DNA of 64,000 nucleotides from Candidatus Eiseniibacteriota bacterium (GTDB lineage Bacteria; Eisenbacteria; RBG-16-71-46; CAZAMP01), in contig OZ245046.1 in NCBI GenBank assembly GCA_965224245.1, positions 928,001 through 992,000 of the forward strand, written 5' to 3'. Positions 1 through 9,669 of the stretch are shown one piece after another. Position 1 is the first letter of the stretch. Each line of letters opens with the position of its first letter. Both the position numbers and the translations under genes were made by a program. The notes beneath the pieces are model-generated. The model had not been told where the DNA came from and made no database searches. It saw only the letters and a list, made by a program, of their open reading frames with translations.

Positions 1-1263
1 GATTGCCTCGGAACCATCGAGGACGAGCTCCGTCGCCCAGTCCTCCGCCTCCGCCCCCAGGAACGTCGAGTAGACGAGCGTCGTTCCCTCGTCGCCGAGG
101 CAGGTCACAAAGGCGTCGATCTCGCCTCCCCCGTAGGTAGGCGCGAGCGCCCCCGGCGTGGTGGGGAAGTCCGCGGAGTAAGTCATGCCGGTGATGTAGG
201 CGCGGTCCGCGTCGTCGAGGCTGAGCGAGAACGCCGCGTCGCGAGCGGAACCGCCGAGGTAGGTCGACCACACGAGGTCACTGCCATCGGGACTCAGTGC
301 GCAGACGAACGCGTCGTAGTCCCCGGAGAGGTCGGGTTGCACGACACCGATCGTGGTGTCGAGGTCCACCGCATTGGTGTATCCGGCCACGATGATGCGG
401 CCCTCGCTGTCTTCGGCCAGTCCGTGGACGGCCTCATCACCAGTCCCCCCGACGTATGTGGACCAATGGATGACGGGGTCGATGACGAGCGCCAGGCCGT
501 CGTCCCGTTCGGGAACGTCGAATCCGAACCGGTGCCCATCGATGGATCGGTAGCGGCAAATCACCGGACGCCGCTCACCGTCGTCGAGCTCGTACCACGT
601 CGCGGGCGGAGGCTGGAGGATGGGACCGAGCGCCGTGAGCAGACTCAGGCTTCCGTCGCCACCGATCTCATATCCGAGTGTGCCGTCACAACGCACGACA
701 ACCTGCTCGAGGTCACTCCCCGGCGCGAGCAGGAGATCGTACTCGAGCGATCCCTGGCACTCGCGCAGCCGGACGTCGACGCCGTCGTACATGTCGCGGT
801 ACACGAGGTCGGCGTAGCTTCCGACGGCTCTGGCCTCGCAGCCGTCGCGGAAGTAGCTATGAGTACCGCCGCGGCTGGCGCCGGGCTCGATCCACGACGC
901 GCCCGCGGTGCCCTCGAAGACCAGTTCGATGCCTAGCCGCCCGGCCAGCAACCCATCGGAGGCTGGCCTGCGCAGCTGGAGCACCACGGACTCATCGCGA
1001 ACGTGGATGGTCATGCCGCGTGCTTGTGCGAGATAGCGGGTGTCCGGGTCCCACTGACCACCATTCTCGATGAACGAGAACGGCAGCTTCGCGATCGGCG
1101 TGATGTCAGCGCGGACATCGGTCGCCTCAGCATCTGCAGTCGCGAAGCCGAGACAGAGAACGCTGACCAGGAGGGCTGATGTTCCCTCAGACATCTTGCG
1201 AGACGCAATTGCCAGGCGTGATCTCCCGAACCTGCACTCACGATGCTCTTCCCTGTGGTACAT
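1..1263 (-). CDS. Exported SBBP-type beta-propeller repeat protein, running off the left window edge
   Basis: Hand translation is open from ATG 1263 (GAGGGAG RBS; alternative ATG 1194) to the edge. Contains hydrophobic ALLVSVLCLGFATADA, FIENGGQWD, LEYDLLLAPG, LVIDPVIHWSTYVGG, and repeated WSTYLGG / G.T.SADFPTTPGA / DAFV motifs. Absent from the ORF track because there is no stop in the window. Confidence 0.8.
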   Translation of the reverse strand, partial: MYHREEHRECRFGRSRLAIASRKMSEGTSALLVSVLCLGFATADAEATDVRADITPIAKLPFSFIENGGQWDPDTRYLAQARGMTIHVRDESVVLQLRRPASDGLLAGRLGIELVFEGTAGASWIEPGASRGGTHSYFRDGCEARAVGSYADLVYRDMYDGVDVRLRECQGSLEYDLLLAPGSDLEQVVVRCDGTLGYEIGGDGSLSLLTALGPILQPPPATWYELDDGERRPVICRYRSIDGHRFGFDVPERDDGLALVIDPVIHWSTYVGGTGDEAVHGLAEDSEGRIIVAGYTNAVDLDTTIGVVQPDLSGDYDAFVCALSPDGSDLVWSTYLGGSARDAAFSLSLDDADRAYITGMTYSADFPTTPGALAPTYGGGEIDAFVTCLGDEGTTLVYSTFLGAEAEDWATELVLDGSEAI

Positions 1264-1494
1264 GTCTTCGCTCCCTCGTTCTCGTTGGCGTGTGGCCGGG
1301 TATGTGCTGTGTCCCGACTGCGTGGCAAAGCCGGAGGGTTCAACGGGACATGCGCAGAATGAGGGCGAGACCCATCAGGCGAAGAGGAGCTCGTCCCGCA
1401 TGGGTGCGGGACCGGATGACTTGCTCGGTCGAGCTCTCGGGATCACATGCAGGAGGCGAAATCGTGATCACAGGTGACCAGGGGAAACGGCGGC

Positions 1495-2673
1495 TCACTT
1501 CCATTGCTGCCGACCTTTGATCCGCCCCCACGTGGTCTGGATGGTCGGTGTTGCACCACAGCCGTGCTCCCAGGCCCCGATCAGCCCGCAGTCATCACCA
1601 TCGGGATGGTTGCCGGGGAGGCAGGGGGAGTCGGCGTCCAGCGTGAGCTCACCATTCAGCGGGTCACAGAAGAGCGGATCGGCCGAGAAGTTTCCGTTCA
1701 TACCGAGCTGATCCTCCAGGCAGTCCGACCAGTCGCCACCGGAGTTGCCAAACAGGTTGCAGCAGGTGAGCCTCACCGTCGTGCAGCCCAGAATGGCTCG
1801 CCCATCTCTACCGAACGCGATGATCGTGTTGATGAGAGTGAGTTGGCCGTCAAGGTTGGAGATGCCGGAGCCTGCCTCCGCGGCGTTTCCCCAGAGTGTA
1901 CAGCGGGTGAGCGTGGCGCTGGAGGTTTCGCGAAGGTACAGAGCGCCGCCTTCGCCCGCGAGTGCCGGACACTCATTCGCCAGAAAGGTGCAGCTGTCCA
2001 GCGTGGGTGCGGAGCCTGGGCCGATGCCCATTCCGCCACCCCGGCCGCCGCGGCCCGAGGCGGCCCAGTTCTGTTCGAACGCGCAGTTGGTGAGGCTCGG
2101 GGATGAGTTCTGACAGTACAATCCTCCGCCGTGATTGCTGGAGTTCTGCACGAACCTGCAGCCGTCGAGGGTGGCATTCGAGTCCCCGAGGTAGAGACCG
2201 CCGCCTTCGCCTCCCGGGTCAAACATGTCGGCGGACACGGAGTTCCCGAGGAACGTGCACGTTCGGATCGTGGGGGAGGACCCTTCGCAGTACATCCCGC
2301 CTCCGGACTGTTCGTGCCGTCGACCATTTGAGATCGTCACCCCCTCGAGCACGGACATTGGCCCTTCCCCGGTGTTCAGGATGAAACCACGGTCCTGCTC
2401 CTCGCAGTCGATGATGCAGGCATCCGGGTCGCCACTCCGGGAGCGGACCGTGATTGCCTTTCCCAGGTAGTCAATCCCCCGGTTCCCGGGTCCGGTGAAG
2501 GTGCCGTTGGTCAGCTCGACGATGTCCCCGTCCTCGGCAGCATCGATCGCGGCCTGAATCGTGGGGAAATCCCCAGTACCGTCAGGGATGACGACATGAG
2601 TAGCGGCCATGAGTGCGAACGGGGTCAACAAGGACAGCATGAAAGCTCCGGACCAGGTACGTAGTACTCTCAT
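1495..2673 (-). CDS. Exported right-handed parallel beta-helix (pectin-lyase-fold/PMP-like) protein with C-terminal TWGRIK tail
   Basis: GAGGAG RBS, signal peptide, DFPTIQAAIDAA..GD, repeated GGG[LM]Y / C.F..N motifs, N.SADPLFCD...L..DSPC; ends TTWGRIKGRQQWK. Confidence 0.85.
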   Translation of the reverse strand: MRVLRTWSGAFMLSLLTPFALMAATHVVIPDGTGDFPTIQAAIDAAEDGDIVELTNGTFTGPGNRGIDYLGKAITVRSRSGDPDACIIDCEEQDRGFILNTGEGPMSVLEGVTISNGRRHEQSGGGMYCEGSSPTIRTCTFLGNSVSADMFDPGGEGGGLYLGDSNATLDGCRFVQNSSNHGGGLYCQNSSPSLTNCAFEQNWAASGRGGRGGGMGIGPGSAPTLDSCTFLANECPALAGEGGALYLRETSSATLTRCTLWGNAAEAGSGISNLDGQLTLINTIIAFGRDGRAILGCTTVRLTCCNLFGNSGGDWSDCLEDQLGMNGNFSADPLFCDPLNGELTLDADSPCLPGNHPDGDDCGLIGAWEHGCGATPTIQTTWGRIKGRQQWK

Positions 2674-2816
2674 TCGTAGTCTCCTCGAAGAAACGTCGAC
2701 GGTTTTTCAGGGCTTGCGCTGCAATGTGACCTCGTGGGCCCTCGAGAGATCGAGTCGGTTCGTTGGCGATCACTAGGACATGCGTAGTTAGCGAAGAAAC
2801 CCCATCATCTCATAGA

Positions 2817-3275
2817 TGTTCGGCGTCAGAGCTGATGGGACACGATCAAGTCTAATCGCAACGGTCACTTCTGGGATGTATTCTTTGAATCGTCATCCAA
2901 GGAGCGGACCTGATGTCGAAGAAGACTGGCGCGGAAGCGGCGGTTCGTGAGTTCCGCCGCAAGAACCGCCGTAAGTTCTCATCGGAAGAGAAGATCCGGA
3001 TCGTTCTGGAAGGTCTCCGGGGTGAGGAGACGATTGGGCGAGTCGGACGGTCAATGAGGCACACGGCGTCCGAGAAGCTCGAGATCATCCGACTGGTCCG
3101 CGGGCGTGAGATCCGTTCGGCCAGGGCGCTCGTGAAGCGAGAGACCCTGCGGCGCAGAAGGCGCTACAATCCAGGCTTGCCGGTCACGAGAAAGGACGTC
3201 GTCCGGCCAGCCGACGTGAGGGAAGTGTCCATAGCGATGAGCCGCGAGGTGTCCCAAAGGCCCTGACGACGAACA
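2817..3275 (+). mobile_element. Internally deleted, non-autonomous IS3-family-like element (459 bp)
   Basis: 27-bp terminal inverted repeats: TGTTCGGCGTCAGAGCTGATGGGACAC (2817-2843) vs the reverse complement of 3249-3275, TGTTCGTCGTCAGGGCCTTTGGGACAC (22/27 match). Encloses ORF 2913-3266 made of transposase pieces. Confidence 0.8.
2913..3266 (+). pseudogene. Transposase remnant: OrfA start, OrfB start and OrfB end joined, catalytic core missing
   Basis: RRKFSSEEKIRIVLEGLRGEETI (OrfA HTH start), MRHTASEKLEIIRLV (OrfB start), RGREI...KRETLRRRR (OrfB end); no DDE domain. Confidence 0.7.
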
Positions 3276-3282
3276 CGTAATC

Positions 3283-5580
3283 CTACTCGCTCAGCCCCAG
3301 TCGCTCGATCAGCTCGTCCCACCGCGGATCTCCGTGAAGGGAGCGGAAGCCGGGCTCGGTGTTCAGAAGGGGAAGGCCACTATCCTGGTTCGCGTGCGTG
3401 CGTTCGAGCCACATGAATGCGGCATCGACATCACCGCGCACCGCGTAGCAGGTCGCGATCTGATACGCCGCATCATGCGCCTGGGTCTCGATGAGAGTCG
3501 AGAGTGCGGCGTCCGACGCATCGTGATTGCCACGGGCGTGGTGCACCTGGCAGAGCGCGGTGAGGCGCCCCCAGTCCGTCCCATCCGATTCGGCCACGGT
3601 GAGAGCCTCGTCGAGTCGTCCCAGGCTGGTCAGCACGCTCGCCAGCAGTACCCGGACGCTGGACATTCCCGGCGAAAGCTCGATCACGCGCCGGAATGCA
3701 ACTTCGGCCTCCTCGAGACGTCCTGCCGCTCGGTACGTGCGGCCGAGCTGTCCCTGTCCGGCGACGTGCAGGGGATCCAGTTCGAGCAGACGGAGGATCA
3801 GAGTCTCGGATTCCTCGAAGCGCCTGAAGACGTGAGCGAGCGTCGCCTTCCACAGGAGGGCGTCCGGATTGTCCGGGTCGATCTCGAGGGACCTCTCGAG
3901 CAAGGCTCCGGCGCCGTCCCAGTCCCGGTCATACATGATCTGGATGGCGGCGAGTGAGCACAAGGCATCGACGAGATCCGGCTGCAGCTCGAGTGCTCGG
4001 CTCAGTGCCGCGCGCGCCCGGGGGAGTGCATCCTCGACAGAAAACGCCCCGTACCCGGCCCCGAGGAAGTACCCGCGAGACAACGACACCCACGCGCGCG
4101 CGTGATCGGGGCTCAGCTCGAGGGCCTGCTCGAGGTACTCGATCGCCTTCGGAAAGTCGTGCTGGGCACTCCGGGCGACGAGGTGCCGCCCGCGGAGGAA
4201 GAGCAGATGTGCCTCCCGGTTCTCTCCACGCCCCTGTGCCGCCGCGGCGATCTCCGCGACTGCGTCACCGGTCGCATTCGAGTCGGGCTCTTCACCGAGC
4301 AGGGTGGTGCGCAGTTCCTTCACCACGCAGCCTGCGATGTCGTCCTGAACCTCGAAGATGTCATCGAGGGTTCGATCGAACACCTCGGACCACATCTGGA
4401 ATCCATCGGATACCTTCACGAGCTGAACGGACACGCGAAGTCGAGTCCCGGCCTTGCGGACCGTGCCTTCCAGCAACGACGCTACCCGGAGCTTCTCGCC
4501 GACCACGGCCGGATCCTCGTGCCGACCCTGGAACTGGAATGACGACGTGCGTGCCGCAACGCGCAGTCCGCTGATCTTCGAGAGTACGTGCATGATCTCG
4601 TCGGCCAGACCGTCGGCGAAGTACTCATCGTCCTCGTCGCGGCTGCGGTTCACAAATGGAAGGACGGCGATCGACGGCACCCCGGACTGATCGGGGGCAG
4701 GCGTGGACACCGGGCCGGTCGCCGCGCCGGAGCTGCGGCGAAGGAGCTCGAGCTCGTTTCGCATGTCCTTCGCGGTCTGGACTCGCCGATCCGGGTCCTT
4801 CTCCAGGCAGCGGGTGATGATCCGTTCCAGGTCGGCCGGGGCGTCCGTGCGGATGGTGCGTAACGGCGCAGGCGTGTCCCGGAGGATCGCCGAGGTCAGG
4901 TCGGCAGTGGTGTCACCGGAAAACGGACGCCTGCCCGTCACGAGCTCATAGAGGATGATCCCCAGCGCAAAGAGATCACTTCGCGCGTCGACCTGCTCCC
5001 CGCGCAGCTGCTCGGGCGCCATGTAGGGAATCGTGCCGGCGATCTTGCCCGGAGTGGACACGGTCGGTGCGAGGGTCGGGAGCTCTGTCTCCGCACCCGG
5101 CTGATCGGCACCGGTCACGCTGGCGAGGCCGAAGTCGAGCACCTTCAAGCGCCCCTGGGTGGTGATCATGATGTTGCGCGGCTTGAGGTCTCGATGCACC
5201 ACCCCCCGGTCGTGCGCCGCGACCAGTGCCTCCGAGAGGGGAATGGCGAGATCCAGCAGGCTCGCGAGGGGGAGTCCGTCGCGTGGAAGATGGCGATCGA
5301 GCGTCGCGCCCTCGACCCGCTCCATGGTGATGAACCTGATCCCGTCGGCTTCTTCCAGCGAGAACAGGGTCACGATGTTGGGGTGGTTCAGGCCGGCAAC
5401 CGTCTTCGCCTCACGCTCGAGCAGGGCGAGCCGATCGGGGTGGTCGGCGAGTTCCGCTGGAAGCAGCTTGATCGCCACGTCGCGCTGTAGCTTCAGGTCG
5501 CGCGCGAGATAGACCTCACCCATGCCGCCCTGACCGAGCCGCTCGCGTATCTCGTAGTGGGCAAGTGTGTTCCCGACCAT
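3283..5580 (-). CDS. Cytoplasmic Hanks-type Ser/Thr protein kinase with TolB-like domain and TPR repeats
   Basis: LGQGGMGEVY, VAIK, HRDLKPRN, DFG, YMAPE; SIAVLPFVNRS...EYFADGLADEI..L; C-terminal TPR helices; no transmembrane segment. Confidence 0.92.
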   Translation of the reverse strand: MVGNTLAHYEIRERLGQGGMGEVYLARDLKLQRDVAIKLLPAELADHPDRLALLEREAKTVAGLNHPNIVTLFSLEEADGIRFITMERVEGATLDRHLPRDGLPLASLLDLAIPLSEALVAAHDRGVVHRDLKPRNIMITTQGRLKVLDFGLASVTGADQPGAETELPTLAPTVSTPGKIAGTIPYMAPEQLRGEQVDARSDLFALGIILYELVTGRRPFSGDTTADLTSAILRDTPAPLRTIRTDAPADLERIITRCLEKDPDRRVQTAKDMRNELELLRRSSGAATGPVSTPAPDQSGVPSIAVLPFVNRSRDEDDEYFADGLADEIMHVLSKISGLRVAARTSSFQFQGRHEDPAVVGEKLRVASLLEGTVRKAGTRLRVSVQLVKVSDGFQMWSEVFDRTLDDIFEVQDDIAGCVVKELRTTLLGEEPDSNATGDAVAEIAAAAQGRGENREAHLLFLRGRHLVARSAQHDFPKAIEYLEQALELSPDHARAWVSLSRGYFLGAGYGAFSVEDALPRARAALSRALELQPDLVDALCSLAAIQIMYDRDWDGAGALLERSLEIDPDNPDALLWKATLAHVFRRFEESETLILRLLELDPLHVAGQGQLGRTYRAAGRLEEAEVAFRRVIELSPGMSSVRVLLASVLTSLGRLDEALTVAESDGTDWGRLTALCQVHHARGNHDASDAALSTLIETQAHDAAYQIATCYAVRGDVDAAFMWLERTHANQDSGLPLLNTEPGFRSLHGDPRWDELIERLGLSE

Positions 5581-5690
5581 GACCCCCTCCGGTTGAGTCC
5601 GGGGATCGTACCCTACCGGTGCGTCCCCCGGGGAGTGCTGACTGCGGGCCAGTGAGGGGGCAAGGCGGCAGGCCGGCTCACGGTCGCTCC

Positions 5691-8258
5691 ATGTCGCAGC
5701 TCGAGCCCGGCCAGAGGAGCAACCCTAAGGGCCGGCCCAAGGGTACGAAGCTCACCGATCGCCTGAGCACCGAGTTCCCCGGTTCGCCGTACGTGCATGT
5801 CGGCACCGGGGTCTCGATATCGGCTTCGGACGATGTGACGGGTTCGGACGCCTCCGGCATCGAACCGCGCATGGCCATGGATGTCTACTCGAACGTCACG
5901 TACTACCAGGCCAGCATGGCCATCACGCCGGAGGGTACCGACCACGTTTTCGGCGACCGGATCTCGACGACCGGGTTCGGGGTCCTGGATGAGAGCCTCG
6001 TGTCGGTCTACAACTCGTCGTCGTCTCCGGGGCCGCTACTGACTGCCACGTTGAGGGTCAGCTTCTACGATGCCTCGGACTGGCCGACCTATCCGAACGG
6101 GTATCCGACGACACTGTTCGGGTGGTACGAACAGGTGTGGGATTTCGGGACCGGCCTGGCGCCGGGCGAAGGCGCCCTCATCTCCGCCACTGGGTTGGCC
6201 GGATTCGGGATCGCTCTCACCTCCACGACTCTCCTCGTGACGCACCAGGTCGTGAGCCACACCGGAAACGTGACGGGGTTGGGGGTCGGGCTCTACCATC
6301 CGCCGACGACCGGTAACAGTGACGCCGAGTACTGGTTCGTCGACACGCCCGACTATCCGGCCGGCATGTACTACCAGTCGTTTCCCCTCGGGAACATCCC
6401 CTTGCGCATTGCGGTCCTCCCGACGGTCCCTCCGGGGGAAGATGTACTCCACGACCAGTCGGACTTCGTCGTCGATGGACCTCGCTTCGCCGACGTCATC
6501 GGCCTCTTCGACGCCTACTACGGCTACAGCGACATCACCGTCGACGGTGACGGCTGGAACATCGAACGCATCGTCAGCTACTACTCGCTCGACATTCCGG
6601 ACTGGGGCTCGGGCGTGTTCGAGGGCAGGATCAACATCTTCCCGAAGACCGGTTCGTTGCCGTTATGGCCGGGCCACAGTCCCTATGGCGCTCCCTTGGT
6701 GCCGATGTCCGCGTCGCACGCCGGTGACCACTGGGTCGTCACGGCCTGGGGACTGGACATCGATCTGGCGCCGGGCGAGTACTGGATCGGGATGACACCG
6801 TCGAACGGATACCTTGCTTCGGAGGGGCACCTGTCGTCGGGCACGTACGTCGGAAACGCAACGGCGACGCTGTTTCCGGAAACGTTCTTCGACCCGCCCT
6901 ACTGGGCGAACCAGCATCCAGGTGTGGATGCGGCGTTGCTGATCAAGGGCACCCGACTCTGCTCAGGTCCGGTCATCGACGTGGATGAGACACCGATCGA
7001 CATCCCCTCGATCCCGCTCAACGGCTTCCACGTTCTGAACACGTTCCTGGTGGGCAATGACGGCTGCGCGCCGCTCGACTTCGTGATCAGCGGGGACTGC
7101 CCGGGAGTCGAAGCCTCGGGCACGGTCCCTCCGGGCGGCGTGGCCGCTCCGGTGATGATTCTGTTCCCGTTCGGATACGCACCCGGCTCCTACTCCTGCT
7201 GGATGACGGTCAGCTCCAACGATCCGGACACGCCGGTGGTCAATGTCCCGATCAACTTCACCGTCACCGGCACGGTCTCCGATGCCACGCCGGGCGTGTG
7301 CTATGCCACCCAGGGCCCCGGGGGTTTCAGTGACTGGATCGCGATCGATCCCACGACCGGGGAGGGGACACCCACCGGAACGACCATCTTCCCCGTGGTG
7401 GGCCTGACCATCGCTGACGACGGACGCATCTGGGCGCCGTACGACAACAAGCTGTACTACCTCGATGCCACCACCGGCGCGATGATCCAGTACGCGGTGG
7501 TCGGATGCTGGGAAGAGATCGCGGCCTTCGAGGGCAACCTGTACGGCATCGACTGCGCCGACCAGCTATGGGAGCTGGATCTCGGAACCGGTGTACAGAG
7601 CGGCCCCTTCACGGTGGTCTCGCCGTCCGTGGACGGGCTCGACATCGACCCGACGACCGGGGTGCTCTGGGTGTCGGAAGCCCACAGCGGCCCCGGGACG
7701 GACAACCTCTACGTGATCAACCTCTTCTCCGGCGATCTGGAGCCACTCCTGGTCGGTTCGCTGGGACTCGGGCTACCGATCGGAGGTATCGCGTTCGACG
7801 ATGACGGGAATCTCTTCGCCGTGGTGGGGGACGGCTCGAGTCCGTCCGAGTTCGTGTCGATCGACAAGGGCACCGGCGCCGCGACGGTCATCGGGGAGAC
7901 GGGTTCGACCCACCTCGCCGGGCTCGCGATGATCGGCAGCGGTCTTCTGAGTGCCCCGAACGACGAGGCTCCGATCCCGACGACCGTCTCGTTCCGCGTG
8001 GCGTCGCCGAACCCGTTCCGCAGCGGCACGTCTCTGTCGTTCGAGTTGCCTGAGGCGAGACCCGTGAGGCTCGTCATCTTCGACACGACCGGCCGCCAGG
8101 TACGGACCCTGGTCGATGGAACCTACCCTGCCGCCGCGCACCGCGCGGTGTGGGACGGCCGCGATCTATCCGGGCGCACAGTGGCGCCCGGGGTCTACTT
8201 CGCGCGGATCCGGGCAGGGGAATACGAGTCGGTCCAGCGACTCACGCTGATCCGGTGA
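5691..8258 (+). CDS. Multidomain protein (Ig-like + beta-propeller) with FlgD-Ig/T9SS-type CTD; N-terminus appears chimeric and lacks a signal peptide
   Basis: ORF 5619-8258, first ATG at 5691. Ig-like TVSSNDPDTPVVNVPINFTV, propeller-like repeats, CTD SPNPFRSGTSLSFELP...WDGRDLSGRTVAPGVYFARI. Confidence 0.75.
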   Translation: MSQLEPGQRSNPKGRPKGTKLTDRLSTEFPGSPYVHVGTGVSISASDDVTGSDASGIEPRMAMDVYSNVTYYQASMAITPEGTDHVFGDRISTTGFGVLDESLVSVYNSSSSPGPLLTATLRVSFYDASDWPTYPNGYPTTLFGWYEQVWDFGTGLAPGEGALISATGLAGFGIALTSTTLLVTHQVVSHTGNVTGLGVGLYHPPTTGNSDAEYWFVDTPDYPAGMYYQSFPLGNIPLRIAVLPTVPPGEDVLHDQSDFVVDGPRFADVIGLFDAYYGYSDITVDGDGWNIERIVSYYSLDIPDWGSGVFEGRINIFPKTGSLPLWPGHSPYGAPLVPMSASHAGDHWVVTAWGLDIDLAPGEYWIGMTPSNGYLASEGHLSSGTYVGNATATLFPETFFDPPYWANQHPGVDAALLIKGTRLCSGPVIDVDETPIDIPSIPLNGFHVLNTFLVGNDGCAPLDFVISGDCPGVEASGTVPPGGVAAPVMILFPFGYAPGSYSCWMTVSSNDPDTPVVNVPINFTVTGTVSDATPGVCYATQGPGGFSDWIAIDPTTGEGTPTGTTIFPVVGLTIADDGRIWAPYDNKLYYLDATTGAMIQYAVVGCWEEIAAFEGNLYGIDCADQLWELDLGTGVQSGPFTVVSPSVDGLDIDPTTGVLWVSEAHSGPGTDNLYVINLFSGDLEPLLVGSLGLGLPIGGIAFDDDGNLFAVVGDGSSPSEFVSIDKGTGAATVIGETGSTHLAGLAMIGSGLLSAPNDEAPIPTTVSFRVASPNPFRSGTSLSFELPEARPVRLVIFDTTGRQVRTLVDGTYPAAAHRAVWDGRDLSGRTVAPGVYFARIRAGEYESVQRLTLIR

Positions 8259-8491
8259 TATGGAATGACCCTGTCAAGAGGCGATTCTCTCGGGTCAGGA
8301 GGGGGTCGCCTCTTGGTTTGTGTCGAGATGCTCGGGATGACGGCGATCGGCGGCGGCTTCGACGACGAGTCGGCGCTGCCGATGGCGACACATTGCAGAT
8401 GTGCGCCATGTGGGCCGAGTTCGAGCCCCGGTCGGACTACCGCGTGAGGCAGTCGAAGACCGATCTAATTCTCTCGGGGAACGACGTTCGG

Positions 8492-8647
8492 TTCGTGCGG
8501 ACCAACGTCTGGGTCGGTCCCCGCAAGGCCGGTGGGTACGAATGTGAGCTCGACGTCGTGGCCATCGATCCCCACAAGGAGCGAATCCTTCACTACGAGC
8601 CGACGATGGGTGCTCTCTCGTGGGAGAAGCGGGAGGAGAGGTTTGAG
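8492..8647 (+). pseudogene. Fragment of a PD-(D/E)XK restriction-endonuclease-like protein
   Basis: FVRTNVWVGPRKAGGYECELDVVAIDPHKERILHYEP has an E-x-D-V-V-A...E nuclease-like pattern; no own start or proper end. Confidence 0.45.
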
Positions 8648-8676
8648 AGACAACCTGACGACGGAAGTCATCCCCA

Positions 8677-8780
8677 TGGTCAGCTCCGGGTTTCCAGCGG
8701 CTGTGCCAGATGTTCTGACGACGAGCGAAACGAGCGCAGGAGGTAGGGGCCAGATGTCAAGACGTCAACGGAGACAGCGT
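8677..8780 (+). mobile_element. Possible IS3-family left-end relic
   Basis: TGGTCAGCTCCGGGTTTCC resembles IS3-type IRL; followed by AGGAGG and ATG 8754 (MSRRQRRQ, OrfA-like), then similarity stops. Confidence 0.35.
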
Positions 8781-8867
8781 CCACGAGTTGTTGGTCCCGT
8801 CAAAGCCAAGGCGGGTCGTGCAGGCGACCACTCGCGTGAATTCACTGCTTGCGGGTACGGTGTGTGC

Positions 8868-9524
8868 ATGGCCCTGCTCACCGCGAGCCTCGCCCCTGCG
8901 CTGGGCGATCCCAGTGTGCTCTTCGAGCAGCTGCCGGGCCTCGGCGAGTCACTTGCCGAGAGTAAATGCGTCTCACACCTCGACGGGGAGATCATCGACG
9001 CCGAAGCGGGTGATGGGTTTCAGGTCCCCGCCGCCACCATCGAGCGCATCGAGTGGTGGGGGCACTGGCATCGAGCTGAGCCCAATCCCATCAGCGCGTT
9101 CTGGGTTCGGATGTACGGGGTCGGTCCCGAAGGAGGCCCGTGGACGCTCCAGTACGAAGCACGCATCACTGACTATGAGTGGGAGCCGTACGCCCCATTG
9201 GCCCGCGTCTACCAGTTCGGCGCCGATCTCATCAGTCCCATCGTGGTGGACGAGCAGATGCTGTTCCTGTCCATTCAAGCAGAGGACCGGCACGACTATT
9301 ACTGGAAGCTCCACGCCAGTGACGAGGGGGACGGCGTCGAGGGTTGGATTCGCTGCGCCAGCGCCGCGGGAGCGTGCTTCAGCCACGACTGGGCACCGTT
9401 CTCAGAATCGTACTCCTGCCCCGGTCTCTTCTCGCCGGATTTGGCCTTTCGCCTGCTCGGTACTCAGTTCTCCACGCCGACGCGATCGAGGAGCTGGGCG
9501 TCGATGAAGGCCGTTTACCGTTGA
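8868..9524 (+). CDS. Small exported beta-sandwich-type hypothetical protein with C-terminal SWASMK tail
   Basis: Within ORF 8532-9524. MALLTASLAPALG is signal-like; GFQVPAATIERIEWWG...DLAFRLLG; ends SRSWASMKAVYR. Start uncertain (GTG 8836 would need a frameshift in the GTGTGTG run). Confidence 0.65.
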   Translation: MALLTASLAPALGDPSVLFEQLPGLGESLAESKCVSHLDGEIIDAEAGDGFQVPAATIERIEWWGHWHRAEPNPISAFWVRMYGVGPEGGPWTLQYEARITDYEWEPYAPLARVYQFGADLISPIVVDEQMLFLSIQAEDRHDYYWKLHASDEGDGVEGWIRCASAAGACFSHDWAPFSESYSCPGLFSPDLAFRLLGTQFSTPTRSRSWASMKAVYR

Positions 9525-9668
9525 GGTCCGCCCTGCGGGCGGCCTCGATCAGCTCAGCTGCAGTTGGTCCTGGCGCCGGCCGTCATCCTCTTGCCGTTGG
9601 ATGTACTCCCGGATCACGCCCTCGTCTCGACCGACCGTGGAGACGAAGCAGCCACGCGCCCAGAAGAC
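9524..9668 (-). mobile_element. tnpA: IS200/IS605-family TnpA C-terminal remnant with adjacent end hairpin
   Basis: Minus-strand translation VFWARGCFVSTVGRDEGVIREYIQRQEDDGRRQDQLQLS* (stop 9549-9551) matches the Y1 TnpA C-terminal signature. Hairpin GAGGTCCGCCCTGCGGGCGGCCTC lies at about 9523-9546. Confidence 0.8.
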
Positions 9669-9669
9669 G

